From contig CAZLJP010000001.1 in the NCBI GenBank assembly GCA_964559915.1, positions 1,044 to 65,043 on the forward strand: DNA of 64,000 bases, read 5' to 3'. Position 1 is the stretch's first letter. Every line of letters begins with the position of its first letter. Source of the stretch: an uncultured Candidatus Saccharibacteria bacterium. GTDB taxonomy: Bacteria > Patescibacteriota > Saccharimonadia > Saccharimonadales > JALRHH01. Under the pieces are notes generated by a model that had not been told where the DNA came from, searched no databases, and saw only the letters and a list, made by a program, of their open reading frames with translations. The position numbers and the translations under genes were made by a program. Shown here piece by piece: positions 25,046 to 35,230 of this stretch.

Positions 25046-25663
25046 TTAGCGTGAGTAGTATTCCACGATTAGTTGTTCATTAATATCTGGTTCTGCTTCC
25101 GCACGCGTTGGCAAACCAGTTACAGCAATTTCAAACTTCTTGCGATTGACCTTGAGCCAGCCTGGAGTCTCTGTTGGAGCAGGACTAACATCATCAATCT
25201 TCTTGAAGTATTCGTTGGCCTGGCTCTTGGCACGTAGTACCAATGTGTCGCCAGCCTTCAGACGAATAGATGGGATATCAACACGACGGTCGTTCAACAT
25301 GAAGTGACCATGGCTCATAAGCTGACGAGCAGCACGACGTGAAGTTGCAAAACCAGCACGGTAGACAGCGTTATCTGCACGCTGTTCGAGAAGCTGCAAG
25401 AGGTTTTCACCGGCAGCACCGCTGCGCTTGGTTGCTTCTTTCATCAGGTTGCTGAATTGCTTTTCGAGCAAGCCGTACAGGCGCTTGACCTTCTGCTTTT
25501 CACGCAGTTGCAGGCTGTACTGACTTGGTTTGTTGCGTGTACGAGCGTTTGGAGCCTTACCTGGCATAGTTGCGCGCTTGGCCAATGCCTTGTGGGCCTT
25601 GGGGTGGAGCGCATAGCCTTCACGGCGGCTCATCTTGACGATAGATTGAGTATCACGTGCCAT
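25046..25663 (-). CDS. rpsD: 30S ribosomal protein S4
   Basis: S4 N-terminal region and S4 RNA-binding domain (RQLMSHGHFMLNDRRVDIPS). Confidence 0.95.
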   Translation of the reverse strand: MARDTQSIVKMSRREGYALHPKAHKALAKRATMPGKAPNARTRNKPSQYSLQLREKQKVKRLYGLLEKQFSNLMKEATKRSGAAGENLLQLLEQRADNAVYRAGFATSRRAARQLMSHGHFMLNDRRVDIPSIRLKAGDTLVLRAKSQANEYFKKIDDVSPAPTETPGWLKVNRKKFEIAVTGLPTRAEAEPDINEQLIVEYYSR

Positions 25664-25665
25664 GA

Positions 25666-26073
25666 TTAGACCCTCCGTGCTTTCTTAGGACGTGTGCCAC
25701 CATGTGGTACACCAGTCACATCTTTAATACTTTCTACAGCGATATCGAGGCCAGCAAGCGCACGAACGGCAGCTTCACGACCTAGACCGATACCCTTGAT
25801 GTAGACATCTGCTTTAGCAAAGCCATGAGCTTGCTTAGCAGCCTGGCCGGCACGTTCTGCTGCAATCTGAGCAGCATATGCAGTACCTTTCTTAGAACCA
25901 CGGAAACCGCAGGCACCAGCGCTAGATGCGGTCAAAACGCCGCCCTTGCTATCAGTAAAGGTAATGATGGTGTTGTTAAACGTTGCCTGAATATGAACCT
26001 GGCCAGCAGGAACAGAACGCTTAGATTTTTTTCGTTTGACCACCGGAGTAGTCGTAGTAGTTGCTTCTGCCAT
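25666..26073 (-). CDS. rpsK: 30S ribosomal protein S11
   Basis: VHIQATFNNTIITFTDSKGGVLTASSAGACGFRGSKKGT. Confidence 0.95.
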   Translation of the reverse strand: MAEATTTTTPVVKRKKSKRSVPAGQVHIQATFNNTIITFTDSKGGVLTASSAGACGFRGSKKGTAYAAQIAAERAGQAAKQAHGFAKADVYIKGIGLGREAAVRALAGLDIAVESIKDVTGVPHGGTRPKKARRV

Positions 26074-26087
26074 ATACTTCTTCCTCC

Positions 26088-26474
26088 TTAAGTCTTAGAT
26101 GCTGATTTAGGTTGTGAGCCACCAATTGCTACACGCTTGCCACGCTTGGTGCGACCGTTGGTACGAGTACGCTGACCACGTGAGGGCAAGTTTTGCTTAT
26201 GGCGAACGCCACGGTAAGCATTGATGTCTTTCAAACGTTTGATATTAGTCACCACGATACGCTGTAACTCACCTTCAACAGTGTAGTTAGCGTTAATCGC
26301 CTCTTGGATGCGCTGAACTTCAGCGTCCGTAAGGTCTTTTACACGGACCGTTGGTTCTACCTTAGCGGCAACCACGATATCTCCGGCTGTTTTTGGCCCA
26401 ATGCCGTACACGTAGGTCAGAGCAATCTGAACCTGCTTAGCATCGGGGATAGTTACACCTGATATACGAGCCAT
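26088..26474 (-). CDS. rpsM: 30S ribosomal protein S13
   Basis: MARISGVTIPDAKQVQIALTYVYGIGPKTA. Confidence 0.95.
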   Translation of the reverse strand: MARISGVTIPDAKQVQIALTYVYGIGPKTAGDIVVAAKVEPTVRVKDLTDAEVQRIQEAINANYTVEGELQRIVVTNIKRLKDINAYRGVRHKQNLPSRGQRTRTNGRTKRGKRVAIGGSQPKSASKT

Positions 26475-26476
26475 GA

Positions 26477-26593
26477 TTAACCCTGCCTCTGCTTATGCTT
26501 AGGCTTAAGCTTGTTTATAACGTACAATCGGCCCTTACGACGAACAATCTTGTCGTCGGGGCTGATTTTTTTCACACTTGCACGTACTTTCAT
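26477..26593 (-). CDS. rpmJ: 50S ribosomal protein L36 (38 aa; below ORF-track cutoff)
   Basis: Hand translation gives [45 protein letters not shown] lies upstream. It sits in the expected infA-rpmJ-rpsM position. Confidence 0.9.
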   Translation of the reverse strand: MKVRASVKKISPDDKIVRRKGRLYVINKLKPKHKQRQG

Positions 26594-26716
26594 ACGGATC
26601 ATTGTTCCTTTCGTTAAATAGGCAATGACACACTGCTTAAGATTTAATATTGTGAATGTAGGATTGTCACAGAATAGCGCGGCTAAAGGAAGTTGCCATA
26701 CCCTTCTGTGAAAACC

Positions 26717-26938
26717 CTACGATTTGCGATAGGTGATTCTGCCCTTAGTAAGATCGTAAGGGGTCAACTCGACCGTCACGCTGTCTCCAGGTACCAAACG
26801 GATGTAATGTTTCCGCATTTTACCGGCGACATGAGCTATAATCTTATGGCCGTTTTCAAGCTCCACACGAAATTGTGTGCCGGGTAAGGCCTCCACAACT
26901 ACGCCTTCTAACTCGATAACTTCCTTATTTTTAGCCAT
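26717..26938 (-). CDS. infA: translation initiation factor IF-1
   Basis: [46 protein letters not shown]. Confidence 0.95.
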   Translation of the reverse strand: MAKNKEVIELEGVVVEALPGTQFRVELENGHKIIAHVAGKMRKHYIRLVPGDSVTVELTPYDLTKGRITYRKS

Positions 26939-26957
26939 AAATGTATAACAGGTGAAA

Positions 26958-26987
26958 ATTATACTACATTTTACAGTGGTGTGTAAA
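26958..26987 (-). promoter_or_regulatory. candidate promoter TTTACA-18-TATAAT for infA
   Basis: -35 at 26982-26987 and -10 at 26958-26963 (minus strand), in the secY-infA spacer. Confidence 0.45.
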
Positions 26988-26994
26988 GTGTTTT

Positions 26995-28500
26995 CTAATC
27001 TTTTTTCTTCTTAGGGCGTTTCAGTTTGCTAAGTGGCTTCTTGATAAAGCTCAGTCGAGAGGCTGTGACACCTGGTAAATCGTTTTCGTAGAAGTAGTCT
27101 GGCTGTTCGTATTGGTCATAGGTCACCATCAGGGCACGTGACTCAATCTGACGCATTGTCTCAAGCGATACAGCTACCAAGATAAGGATACTGGTACCGC
27201 CGATAGCTATGCTGGTGTTCAAGAACACCTGGCCGATTATTGGCATGATAGCCAGCATACCGAGTGCTAAGGCACCAAAGAACGTCAAACGATTAACCAG
27301 CCCGCCCAGGTACTTTTCTGTGGCCGAGCCACCACGGATACCCTCGATAAAGCCACCTTGCTTCTGCAAATTCTCACTAATGTCTTTTGAGTTAAACGTA
27401 ATACCGGTATAGAAGAAGGTAAACAAGAATACCAACAGGAAGTAGACCACAGGATAGATATATGGCTCCCAGCCACCAGCAGCAAAAGTCTGAGCAGAAG
27501 GGTTCTGGAACCAAAGCAACAAATTTGCACCAATTTCACGAAGATGCGCGCTGTTATTGGTAGAAAGAATTTGTCCTACAAAGCTCGGTACGCTGAGGAA
27601 CGCCACAGCAAAGATAATTGGTACCACACCAGCAGTTATGAGCTTGACGGGTAATTCGGTGGTTACGCCGCCGTACGCACGGTTACCTTGCACACGTTTG
27701 GCATAGTTTATGGTTATACGCCGCCGGGCTTCATTAAGCCGTACCACTAGTACTGTTACCACAATGGTTATCAATAGGATTATCATTGCTGTCGTAAACT
27801 GCTGTTGGTTAATTGGTAATTGATGACCAAAGATAGTCGTCTTGTTGGTTTCATCCACTACACCACTAATAATACTGCCGAGCATACCCGGCAGACCGCT
27901 GACGATACCTACAGTAATCAATAGTGAGATACCGTTACCGATACCCTTTTCAGTAATGATTTCACCCATCCACATCAGCATCATGGCTCCACCAGTTAGC
28001 GCGGCAACCATGAGCCCCCACTGAAGTAGTGACGTATTGGCGGTGATATCACCGATACCAGCCACCTGAGAAGCTTGCTGACGAACTAGGTAGATTGCAC
28101 CAATAGACTGAATAATTGCCAGTGGTAGTGTCAGGATACGGGTATATTGGTTAATCTTCTTGCGGCCAAACTCACCGTCCTTGTTCATTTCTTCAAGCTT
28201 AGGGATTGCCTTAGTCAGTAGCTGCATGATGATAGAGGCGTTAATGTATGGGCCAAGACCGACTAGTACAATAGAGAAGTTCTGCAAGGCGCCACCAGAG
28301 AGCACGTTGATAAAGTTCAAGAGCTGGGATGTATCTGAATTAAAGAGGTTCGTCAGGACTTGTTTGAGCGTCTCTGGATTGCTGAGTGGCACCGGAATGT
28401 GGGCTAAAATACGGAATATAAGCAGCATGCCCAGCACCGCCAAAATACGGTTGCGCATATCGCTGCTCTTGAGTGCTTTCAGAATCAGACGCCAGTTCAT
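26995..28500 (-). CDS. secY: preprotein translocase subunit SecY with extended basic C-terminus
   Basis: About 10 TM segments and a typical N-terminus ([23 protein letters not shown]). About 50 extra C-terminal residues end in KRPKKKKD. Confidence 0.93.
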   Translation of the reverse strand: MNWRLILKALKSSDMRNRILAVLGMLLIFRILAHIPVPLSNPETLKQVLTNLFNSDTSQLLNFINVLSGGALQNFSIVLVGLGPYINASIIMQLLTKAIPKLEEMNKDGEFGRKKINQYTRILTLPLAIIQSIGAIYLVRQQASQVAGIGDITANTSLLQWGLMVAALTGGAMMLMWMGEIITEKGIGNGISLLITVGIVSGLPGMLGSIISGVVDETNKTTIFGHQLPINQQQFTTAMIILLITIVVTVLVVRLNEARRRITINYAKRVQGNRAYGGVTTELPVKLITAGVVPIIFAVAFLSVPSFVGQILSTNNSAHLREIGANLLLWFQNPSAQTFAAGGWEPYIYPVVYFLLVFLFTFFYTGITFNSKDISENLQKQGGFIEGIRGGSATEKYLGGLVNRLTFFGALALGMLAIMPIIGQVFLNTSIAIGGTSILILVAVSLETMRQIESRALMVTYDQYEQPDYFYENDLPGVTASRLSFIKKPLSKLKRPKKKKD

Positions 28501-28619
28501 AGAATTACAGTAGTTCCCTCTTTAGTTTCAAACAAATTACTCCTAGTATACAACAAAACTGGCACTGTAAGCATAAAACTGCCAATCGCTGTAAAAGTTA
28601 CTTTGTGGACAATATATAC

Positions 28620-28648
28620 TTGACATATAGTTGTTTTTATATTATTAT
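28620..28648 (+). promoter_or_regulatory. promoter TTGACA-17-TATTAT
   Basis: -35 at 28620-28625 and -10 at 28643-28648. The ATG at 28656 lies 7 nt after the -10, so the transcript would be leaderless. Confidence 0.55.
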
Positions 28649-28655
28649 GTACTTC

Positions 28656-29081
28656 ATGACTTACGAGATAAACGGAACTAATTTAGAGATTCTTGAAAAT
28701 CAGGACGCATTTTTGACTGTGTACCCTGTTAATACGGAAGCCTTTGACGAAGAAATATTTGATTCAGGCCATGCTGAAAAGTTCATGGATTGGTTCAGTG
28801 CTGATGAAGCTAGCGCAACGGAGTTTTTACAAAAAGTAGTAGAACATCAGGATGCAAGTGTTCGTGGACTTGGTGTTTATTTGACAAAACAGCTCGTCCT
28901 AATAAATCCTGGATATGTCACCGATGTATTAGTAAAACTTGCTAATGATTCTGATGAAAAGGTTCGCAATGAAATCGAAATTGCAGAACTTATCAAGATG
29001 GATGGTGATATTAATAATGCTATTGGCCTAGTGGGCTTAGCCAAGATTGTAACCGCTCTCAATACCCACCCAGAAGCCTAA
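28656..29081 (+). CDS. hypothetical protein (141 aa, possible HEAT-like repeats), opposite strand inside the spc cluster
   Basis: ATG chosen downstream of the promoter; the track ORF starts at GTG 28605. HQDASVRGLGVYLTKQL...LANDSDEKVRNEIE weakly resembles HEAT repeats. AT-rich. Confidence 0.45.
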   Translation: MTYEINGTNLEILENQDAFLTVYPVNTEAFDEEIFDSGHAEKFMDWFSADEASATEFLQKVVEHQDASVRGLGVYLTKQLVLINPGYVTDVLVKLANDSDEKVRNEIEIAELIKMDGDINNAIGLVGLAKIVTALNTHPEA

Positions 29082-29096
29082 ACAAGGTTCCAATAA

Positions 29097-29130
29097 AAAC
29101 CGCTAGGAGAATTAACCTGGCGGTTTTTAT
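29097..29130 (+). terminator. intrinsic terminator of the plus-strand insert gene
   Basis: ACCGCTAGG (29099-29107) / CCTGGCGGT (29116-29124), followed by TTTTT. Confidence 0.7.
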
Positions 29131-29270
29131 TTAGGATTCGGCGTCGACTCCAAATGGACAGAGACGGAGTTATTTTTCAATTTCTTCCGAGGACGGCATG
29201 GGTAGCTGTAGATAAGCTACTGCTGCTTATGCACCCACAGGAAAAATTGGAAAAGGGCCCGTCAGCAAAC

Positions 29271-29296
29271 AAAAAAGCCCCGACTTATTCGGGACT
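29271..29296 (-). terminator. intrinsic terminator directly after rplO
   Basis: Minus-strand RNA GUCCCGA-AUAAG-UCGGGGC followed by UUUUUU. Confidence 0.75.
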
Positions 29297-29314
29297 TTAT
29301 TGTTTGAGGTCTGT

Positions 29315-29815
29315 TTATTTGGAAGCTGTGGCTGATTTTTGAGTAGACTTAGTCTCGTTCTTTTCGAGCTTAGAGCGCTTTACTTGCTCTACGACTGTGA
29401 ATGAACCGCCAGCCTTCTGCACAGCTGCAATAGCGGTCTGAGAAGCACCTTGTAGCTTCACTTCAGCTTTCTTAGTCACGTCACCCTTAACAACGAGCTT
29501 GACGCGGACGTATGGGCTAGAGGTAATACCGGCATCAGCCAGGCTAAAGTTATCTACAACGCCCTTGATAGCATCGAGTTGACCAGTGTACACGTTCTCT
29601 GCAGGAACACGAATACTACGGAAGCCTGGAAGCTTAGGTAGACGCTGCATAAGTGGCAGCTGACCACCAGCAAAACCGGCTTTCTTAGATGAACCAGTAC
29701 GTGAGCGCTGACCCTTGGTACCACGACCAGCGGTCTTACCCTGACCAGCAGAGATACCACGGCCGACACGCTTTGGTGAGCCCTTAGATGCGACTTTTAG
29801 TTCGTGATATTTCAT
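29315..29815 (-). CDS. rplO: 50S ribosomal protein L15
   Basis: KRVGRGISAGQGKTAGRGTKGQRSRTG. Its start shares nt 29815 with the rpsE stop, so there is no rpmD between them. Confidence 0.95.
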   Translation of the reverse strand: MKYHELKVASKGSPKRVGRGISAGQGKTAGRGTKGQRSRTGSSKKAGFAGGQLPLMQRLPKLPGFRSIRVPAENVYTGQLDAIKGVVDNFSLADAGITSSPYVRVKLVVKGDVTKKAEVKLQGASQTAIAAVQKAGGSFTVVEQVKRSKLEKNETKSTQKSATASK

Positions 29816-30441
29816 TATTTGGCCTCCTTGGGAGCTGCAGTTTTCTTGGCTGCAGGCTTAGCTTCTACCTTGGCAGCTACTGGCTTTTCAGCCTTCTTGG
29901 GAGCTTCCTTGGTTGTCACCCACTGCTTGAATGGAACCAATGACTGTAGTGCTTCAATAGTTGCGTAGGCAGTGTTAATCTTGTTGCTTGATCCAAGTGA
30001 CTTGGAAAGCACGTTAGATACACCAGCTACTTCCAATACAGTACGGACTGTACCGCCAGCAATCAAACCAGTACCAGCGGCTGCTGGCTTGATAAGAATC
30101 TTGGCGCCACCAACCTTGGCTTCTGTTTCGTGTGGCAGTGTACCCTTGTACAGATTCACCTTAATGAAGTTCTTTTTGGCTACATCAACAGCCTTGGCTA
30201 CAGCCGTAGTAACGTCTGCACCCTTAGCGATACCGATGCCAACCTTGCCCTTTTTGTCACCAACGACAACAAGTGCACGGAAACGGAAACGGCGACCGCC
30301 CTTTACAACACGAGCAACACGGTCAATATTAACTACGCGCTCATCAAATTGTTTTTCTTCTTCTACGCGTGGGCCACGATCATTACGTGGACCGCGCCCT
30401 TGTCCGGTAGGACCATGTGAATTGTTTCCAAATTCTGCCAT
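29815..30441 (-). CDS. rpsE: 30S ribosomal protein S5 with Lys/Ala/Pro-rich C-terminal tail
   Basis: VVNIDRVARVVKGGRRFRFRALVVVGDKKGKVGIGIAKG. Tail: KKAEKPVAAKVEAKPAAKKTAAPKEAK. Confidence 0.95.
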   Translation of the reverse strand: MAEFGNNSHGPTGQGRGPRNDRGPRVEEEKQFDERVVNIDRVARVVKGGRRFRFRALVVVGDKKGKVGIGIAKGADVTTAVAKAVDVAKKNFIKVNLYKGTLPHETEAKVGGAKILIKPAAAGTGLIAGGTVRTVLEVAGVSNVLSKSLGSSNKINTAYATIEALQSLVPFKQWVTTKEAPKKAEKPVAAKVEAKPAAKKTAAPKEAK

Positions 30442-30442
30442 A

Positions 30443-30799
30443 TTAGAACTCTAAGCCTCCTGCACGTGCAGCATCTGCCAGTGCTTTAACGCGGCCGTGA
30501 TAGAGCTTGCCGTTGCGATCAAATACTACTGATTTAATCTTGGCAGTCTTAGCCTTCTTTGCAATTTCGGTGCCAATCCACTCTGCCTTGGCAGTCATAG
30601 TACCGGTAGCTGCCTTTTGGCCAACGGTAGTTACTGCAGCAATGGTGGTTTGCTTGGTGTCGTCAATCAGCTGAGCACTGATGTGCTTATTACTAATGAA
30701 AACAGTAAGACGTGGGCGCTCGGTAGTACCGCTCACAACACTACGAATGCGGTGTTTGCGGCGGGCGAGGTTCTTCAGTTTGCTTGAAAGATTACTCAT
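30443..30799 (-). CDS. rplR: 50S ribosomal protein L18
   Basis: RPRLTVFISNKHISAQLIDD...GRVKALADAARAGGLEF. Confidence 0.95.
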   Translation of the reverse strand: MSNLSSKLKNLARRKHRIRSVVSGTTERPRLTVFISNKHISAQLIDDTKQTTIAAVTTVGQKAATGTMTAKAEWIGTEIAKKAKTAKIKSVVFDRNGKLYHGRVKALADAARAGGLEF

Positions 30800-30801
30800 G
30801 A

Positions 30802-31341
30802 TTACTTGTCCTTACCTGACTTACCAGACTTGCGGATAATGCGCTCGCCTACGTACTTAATACCTTTGCCCTTATATGGCTCTGGCTTCTTGAGGGCGCG
30901 GATTTCGGCCGCAACCTGACCAACTTGCTGCTTGTCAAAACCTTCTATAGTAATAACGTTCTGCTCAACCTTGGCGCTAACTCCCTGTGGAAGGGTATAT
31001 ACCACTTCGTGAGAGAACCCAAGGTTCATTTTAAGTTGGTTGCCGGCTAAAGCGACACGATAACCAACACCGTTGATTTCGAGCTGCTTATTAAAGCCAG
31101 TTGATACACCAGTAATCATGTTTGCTACCAATGAACGCATCAAGCCGTGCTTGCTGCGGTTCTTTGGTTCGTCATTCTCACGAGTGACGACAATCTGATC
31201 ACCATCGTGCTTGACAGTTACACCAGGCATCGTGAATTGCTTCAAGGTGCCTTTCGAACCCGCTACCGTAATGGTCTCAGGGTCGATAGTGATTGTCACG
31301 CCCGATGGCACTGCGATCGGTAGTTTTCCTATACGACTCAT
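30802..31341 (-). CDS. rplF: 50S ribosomal protein L6
   Basis: MSRIGKLPIAVPSGVTITI... Confidence 0.95.
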   Translation of the reverse strand: MSRIGKLPIAVPSGVTITIDPETITVAGSKGTLKQFTMPGVTVKHDGDQIVVTRENDEPKNRSKHGLMRSLVANMITGVSTGFNKQLEINGVGYRVALAGNQLKMNLGFSHEVVYTLPQGVSAKVEQNVITIEGFDKQQVGQVAAEIRALKKPEPYKGKGIKYVGERIIRKSGKSGKDK

Positions 31342-31359
31342 ATTATTTTCCTATACCTA

Positions 31360-31761
31360 TTAATAAACTTTACAAATTAACTCACCGCCAACGCCAGCCT
31401 TCTTGGCTTGGTCGCCGCTCATGATACCTTTGCTGGTACTAATAATGACGAGACCACGACCGCGCTTAACGGTTGGGATTTTGTCGCTACCAGCATATGC
31501 ACGACGGCCGGGGGTGCTCAAACGAGCAATCTCGGTGATACGTGCGTTGGTACCTTCTGAGTTGATAGTGATTGTTAAACTTTTGCCAATATCTGCTTTG
31601 CCAACTGAAACGCCGTCTACGAAACCACTGGTCTTCAGTAGGTTTGCAACAGCTTCTTTGACCTTGCTGTGTGGCAAGGTGACTTCCGTCTTACGTACCG
31701 CGATTGCGTTACGGATACGAGTCAGCATGTCAGCGATTGGATCTGTACTAGTTTTTGACAT
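31360..31761 (-). CDS. rpsH: 30S ribosomal protein S8
   Basis: TDPIADMLTRIRNAIAVRK... Confidence 0.95.
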   Translation of the reverse strand: MSKTSTDPIADMLTRIRNAIAVRKTEVTLPHSKVKEAVANLLKTSGFVDGVSVGKADIGKSLTITINSEGTNARITEIARLSTPGRRAYAGSDKIPTVKRGRGLVIISTSKGIMSGDQAKKAGVGGELICKVY

Positions 31762-31774
31762 CGATACTCCTTCC

Positions 31775-32044
31775 TTACCAGCTACTCTTAGTTATACCAG
31801 GGATTTCTCCCTTGCTTGCATGCTCACGGAAACTAATACGGCTCAGACCAAACTGGCGCATGTAGCCGTGAGGACGACCGGTTTCAGAACAACGATTCTT
31901 CCAACGGGTTGGAGATGAATTACGAGGCAACTTGTGCAGGCCTTCGCGGTCACCAAGCTTCTTGAGCTCGGCGCGCTTGGCTGCGGTTGCAGTAATCATC
32001 TTCTGACGCTTGAGGTCGCGTGCGATTGCTGATTTCTTAGCCAT
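31775..32044 (-). CDS. rpsN: 30S ribosomal protein S14 (long, 89-aa form)
   Basis: [16 protein letters not shown]...[27 protein letters not shown] at 32044 (the track ORF starts further upstream). Confidence 0.92.
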   Translation of the reverse strand: MAKKSAIARDLKRQKMITATAAKRAELKKLGDREGLHKLPRNSSPTRWKNRCSETGRPHGYMRQFGLSRISFREHASKGEIPGITKSSW

Positions 32045-32045
32045 G

Positions 32046-32642
32046 TTATTTAGCCTCCTTCTCGAACGGCATGCCAAACTTCTCTAGTAGGGCACGACCA
32101 TGAGCTTGCTCTTGGCACTTAATTACAAACACTGCCTGCATACCGTGAACGGTAGTAGTTTCTTCGAATGTAAGCTCTGGGAATACTGACTGGTCATTAA
32201 GACCGAGGCTGAAGTTGCCAGACTTATCAAAAGCTTTGGCAGATACACCGTGGAAGTCACGCAAGCGTGGCAATACGATGTTTACCAGACGGTCCATGAA
32301 CTCGTACATATAGTCACCACGAAGGGTAACCTTGAGACCAATTTTCTGACCTTCACGGAGCTTGAAGCCAGCGATTGAGTTCTTGGCGTAGGTTTCTACT
32401 GGCTTTTGGCCGGTAATCTTGGTCAGGGTGTTGGTAGCAACCTCAATCATCTTCTTGTCTTCCTTGGATTTGCCAAGGCCAACATTTAGGACAATTTTTT
32501 CGAGCTTTGGTACCTGCATGATGTTCAAACCAAGCTCTTTTTGCAGCTCTGCAATAAACTTGTTCTGATAATCAGCCTTTAGATGAGTAACGGTAACAGG
32601 AGCTTTCTTAGCAGCCGGTTTCTTAGTTGTAGATTCAGCCAT
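32046..32642 (-). CDS. rplE: 50S ribosomal protein L5
   Basis: [16 protein letters not shown]... Confidence 0.95.
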   Translation of the reverse strand: MAESTTKKPAAKKAPVTVTHLKADYQNKFIAELQKELGLNIMQVPKLEKIVLNVGLGKSKEDKKMIEVATNTLTKITGQKPVETYAKNSIAGFKLREGQKIGLKVTLRGDYMYEFMDRLVNIVLPRLRDFHGVSAKAFDKSGNFSLGLNDQSVFPELTFEETTTVHGMQAVFVIKCQEQAHGRALLEKFGMPFEKEAK

Positions 32643-32968
32643 TATTTAATCTCCTTTCCACTCTTCTTAAATACGCGAGTCTTAGCACCTTTAGCATCAA
32701 GCTTGTAACCGATACGGCTTGGCTTTTTGCTGGTTGGGTCCTGGATACCTACCTTGCTAACAGCAATAGGCTTAGTAATCTCAATAATGCCACCCTGTGG
32801 GTATGCCTTGTTAGGCTTGGTAGCTTTCTTGACAATGTTGATACCTTCGACGGTAACCTTGTTTAAATCAGGGTGCGTTGCAACAATCTTGCCACTCTTG
32901 CCCTTGTACTTGCCGGAACGAACCACTACGGTATCGCCCTTCTTCAGGCGGATTTTAGTGATGCTCAT
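32642..32968 (-). CDS. rplX: 50S ribosomal protein L24
   Basis: KKGDTVVVRSGKYKGKSGKIV KOW motif. Confidence 0.95.
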   Translation of the reverse strand: MSITKIRLKKGDTVVVRSGKYKGKSGKIVATHPDLNKVTVEGINIVKKATKPNKAYPQGGIIEITKPIAVSKVGIQDPTSKKPSRIGYKLDAKGAKTRVFKKSGKEIK

Positions 32969-33336
32969 TATAGTACCTCCGGTGCAAGGCTAATAATCTT
33001 CTGGTAGCCGAGTTCACGTAGTTCACGTGGGACTGGGCCAAAGATACGAGTAGCCTTAGGATTCTTATCGTCGCCAATCACAACGGCTGCATTGTCATCA
33101 AAACTGATGGTTGAGCCGTCTTTGCGGCGGATTGTGTCGCGAGTGCGAACAACTACGGCACGGATAACTGACTTCTTCTTGACGGTGCCAGTTGGGCTCG
33201 CTTGCTTTACGGTAGCGACAATAACGTCACCAACACGAGCGTAACGCTTGCGGGTACCACCAAGAACACGGATACAGAGGATTTCCTTAGCACCGCTGTT
33301 ATCACAGATACTCAGACGTGATTCTTGCTGTATCAT
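32968..33336 (-). CDS. rplN: 50S ribosomal protein L14
   Basis: [27 protein letters not shown]. Confidence 0.96.
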   Translation of the reverse strand: MIQQESRLSICDNSGAKEILCIRVLGGTRKRYARVGDVIVATVKQASPTGTVKKKSVIRAVVVRTRDTIRRKDGSTISFDDNAAVVIGDDKNPKATRIFGPVPRELRELGYQKIISLAPEVL

Positions 33337-33599
33337 TACGCCTCCTCCTTGTGTACAACACCTGCGCGCTCTACAACCTGGACTAGTGTGTGGCGCTTGC
33401 GAGCAGAAAGTGGACGAGTCTCGGCGATTACCACAGTATCACCTGCTTTAGCATCGTTCTTCTCATCATGTGCGATGAACTTCTTGCTGGCAGAATACTG
33501 CTTTTTATAAATTGGGTGTGTCTTACGTGTAGTGACGGTAACGACAATGGTCTTGTCGGCTTTGTCAGACGAGACGACACCTTGTAGGGTCTTAGCCAT
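33336..33599 (-). CDS. rpsQ: 30S ribosomal protein S17
   Basis: [29 protein letters not shown]. Confidence 0.95.
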   Translation of the reverse strand: MAKTLQGVVSSDKADKTIVVTVTTRKTHPIYKKQYSASKKFIAHDEKNDAKAGDTVVIAETRPLSARKRHTLVQVVERAGVVHKEEA

Positions 33600-33799
33600 T
33601 ACGCTACCTCCTTAGTTAATTGTTCACCCAAAACAGTCAGCACACGTGCAAGGTCTTTGCGCTTGTTGCGTAGACCACGAACATTCTGGACTTCGCCCAT
33701 ATGTACACGACGCTTCATCTCGGTAATTTCAACTCTTAATTTAGTACTCTCGGTAGTAAGGTCTATGGTAGACAACTTACGGATATCGGCGATTTTCAT
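33599..33799 (-). CDS. rpmC: 50S ribosomal protein L29
   Basis: 66-aa helical protein in the conserved rplP-rpmC-rpsQ position, with an L29-like pattern ([24 protein letters not shown]). Confidence 0.9.
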   Translation of the reverse strand: MKIADIRKLSTIDLTTESTKLRVEITEMKRRVHMGEVQNVRGLRNKRKDLARVLTVLGEQLTKEVA

Positions 33800-34212
33800 T
33801 ACGCTTCCTCCTTCACCAAGAACTTGGTCTTAACAGGTAATTTATGCGCTGCGAGGCGCATTGCTTCGCGGGCCACTTCTTCGGTTACACCCTGCATCTC
33901 GAACATAATAGTGCCGGGACGAACAGGGGCAACAAAGAATTCAGGGCTACCCTTACCACTACCCATTTTGGTACCCAACGCTTTGCGAGTAACGGGTGTA
34001 TGTGGGAAGATACGAATCCAGATTTTACCACCACGCTTAATGTAGCGGGTCATCGCCTGACGAGCAGACTCAATCTGACGACTGGTAATACGCTCGTGGC
34101 CTTGGGCTTGGAGTGCATAGTTACCAAAAGCGATGTAGTTGCCGCTGGTTGCGGGGCCGCGAACACGACCCTTGAACACCTTGCGGTGCTTGGTTCGGTT
34201 AGGGACTAACAT
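33799..34212 (-). CDS. rplP: 50S ribosomal protein L16
   Basis: [19 protein letters not shown]... Confidence 0.96.
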   Translation of the reverse strand: MLVPNRTKHRKVFKGRVRGPATSGNYIAFGNYALQAQGHERITSRQIESARQAMTRYIKRGGKIWIRIFPHTPVTRKALGTKMGSGKGSPEFFVAPVRPGTIMFEMQGVTEEVAREAMRLAAHKLPVKTKFLVKEEA

Positions 34213-34844
34213 TAGCTATTCTCCCCCTTGTAAATCCATACTTTGACACCGATGATGCCAGCACCAGGATACTGGGCACGAGCGGCGTGGTAATCAATGT
34301 TGGCACGGATAGTGTGTAGAGGTACTGAACCTTCTACGGTCTTTTCACGGCGGCTCATCTCTGCACCACCGAGACGGCCAGCAATTTCAATACGGATACC
34401 CTGAGCACCTGAACGCATAGCGTTCTGGGCTGCCATCTTGGCGGCACGACGGAAAGCGATACGTCGTTCAAGCTGGTGGGCGATATTTTCGGCAACCAAC
34501 TTGGCGTATAGCTCTGGCTTCTTGATTTCTTCGATGTTAACACGAGATGGGAAACCGTAAATCTTTTCGATTGCGGCCTTGAGCTCCTGAGCACCAGTAC
34601 CACCACGACCAATGACAACACCAGCTTTAGCAGTAGTGATAGTCACCGTCACGAGGTTTGGTGAACGCTCGATATCAACTTTGTTAATGGCGGCACGTGA
34701 ACCCAGCTTATCTTGGATTAAACGACGCACCTTAAGGTCTTGTGTCAAAAACGCAGCGTACTCACGCTTGTTTGCGAACCACTTGCTACGCCAGTCCTTA
34801 TTAAGCTGGAGACGCATGCTAATTGGGTTTACTTTTTGGCCCAT
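34212..34844 (-). CDS. rpsC: 30S ribosomal protein S3
   Basis: [24 protein letters not shown], with KH domain. Confidence 0.96.
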   Translation of the reverse strand: MGQKVNPISMRLQLNKDWRSKWFANKREYAAFLTQDLKVRRLIQDKLGSRAAINKVDIERSPNLVTVTITTAKAGVVIGRGGTGAQELKAAIEKIYGFPSRVNIEEIKKPELYAKLVAENIAHQLERRIAFRRAAKMAAQNAMRSGAQGIRIEIAGRLGGAEMSRREKTVEGSVPLHTIRANIDYHAARAQYPGAGIIGVKVWIYKGENS

Positions 34845-35230
34845 TACTTGCTCTCCTTCTTATCTGCTGCTTTCGCGGCTGGTTTCTTAGCAACACGCTG
34901 ATCACCTTCAACTACAACATGGATATGTGAAGTCTTGCGCTGGAATGGCAAGGCACGACCATGTGCGGCTGGGCGGTATCGCTTTAAGCGAGCTCCGGGT
35001 GTAACGCTGATACTAACAATTCGTAGGGTATCTGGCTTGTAGTTATGGTTGTGGTCGGCGTTTGCACGAGCACTCTCGATAACTTTCTTAACAGGTAATG
35101 CAGAACGGCGTGGGGTGTGTTCGAGGATAGTCAGCGCATCAGCAACGGTACGGCCACGTACTAACTGAGCAACGATACCAACCTTACGAGGGCTCATACT
35201 GACGCCTTTAGCGATAGCTGTAACTGCCAT
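34844..35230 (-). CDS. rplV: 50S ribosomal protein L22
   Basis: GVSMSPRKVGIVAQLVRGRTVADALTILE. Confidence 0.95.
   Translation of the reverse strand: MAVTAIAKGVSMSPRKVGIVAQLVRGRTVADALTILEHTPRRSALPVKKVIESARANADHNHNYKPDTLRIVSISVTPGARLKRYRPAAHGRALPFQRKTSHIHVVVEGDQRVAKKPAAKAADKKESK

Noticed and set aside
29154-29342. 62-aa plus-strand ORF between the insert gene and rplO.
   Set aside because: It reads through the rplO terminator hairpin and into the rplO 3' end, and has no SD or promoter. It is probably spurious.
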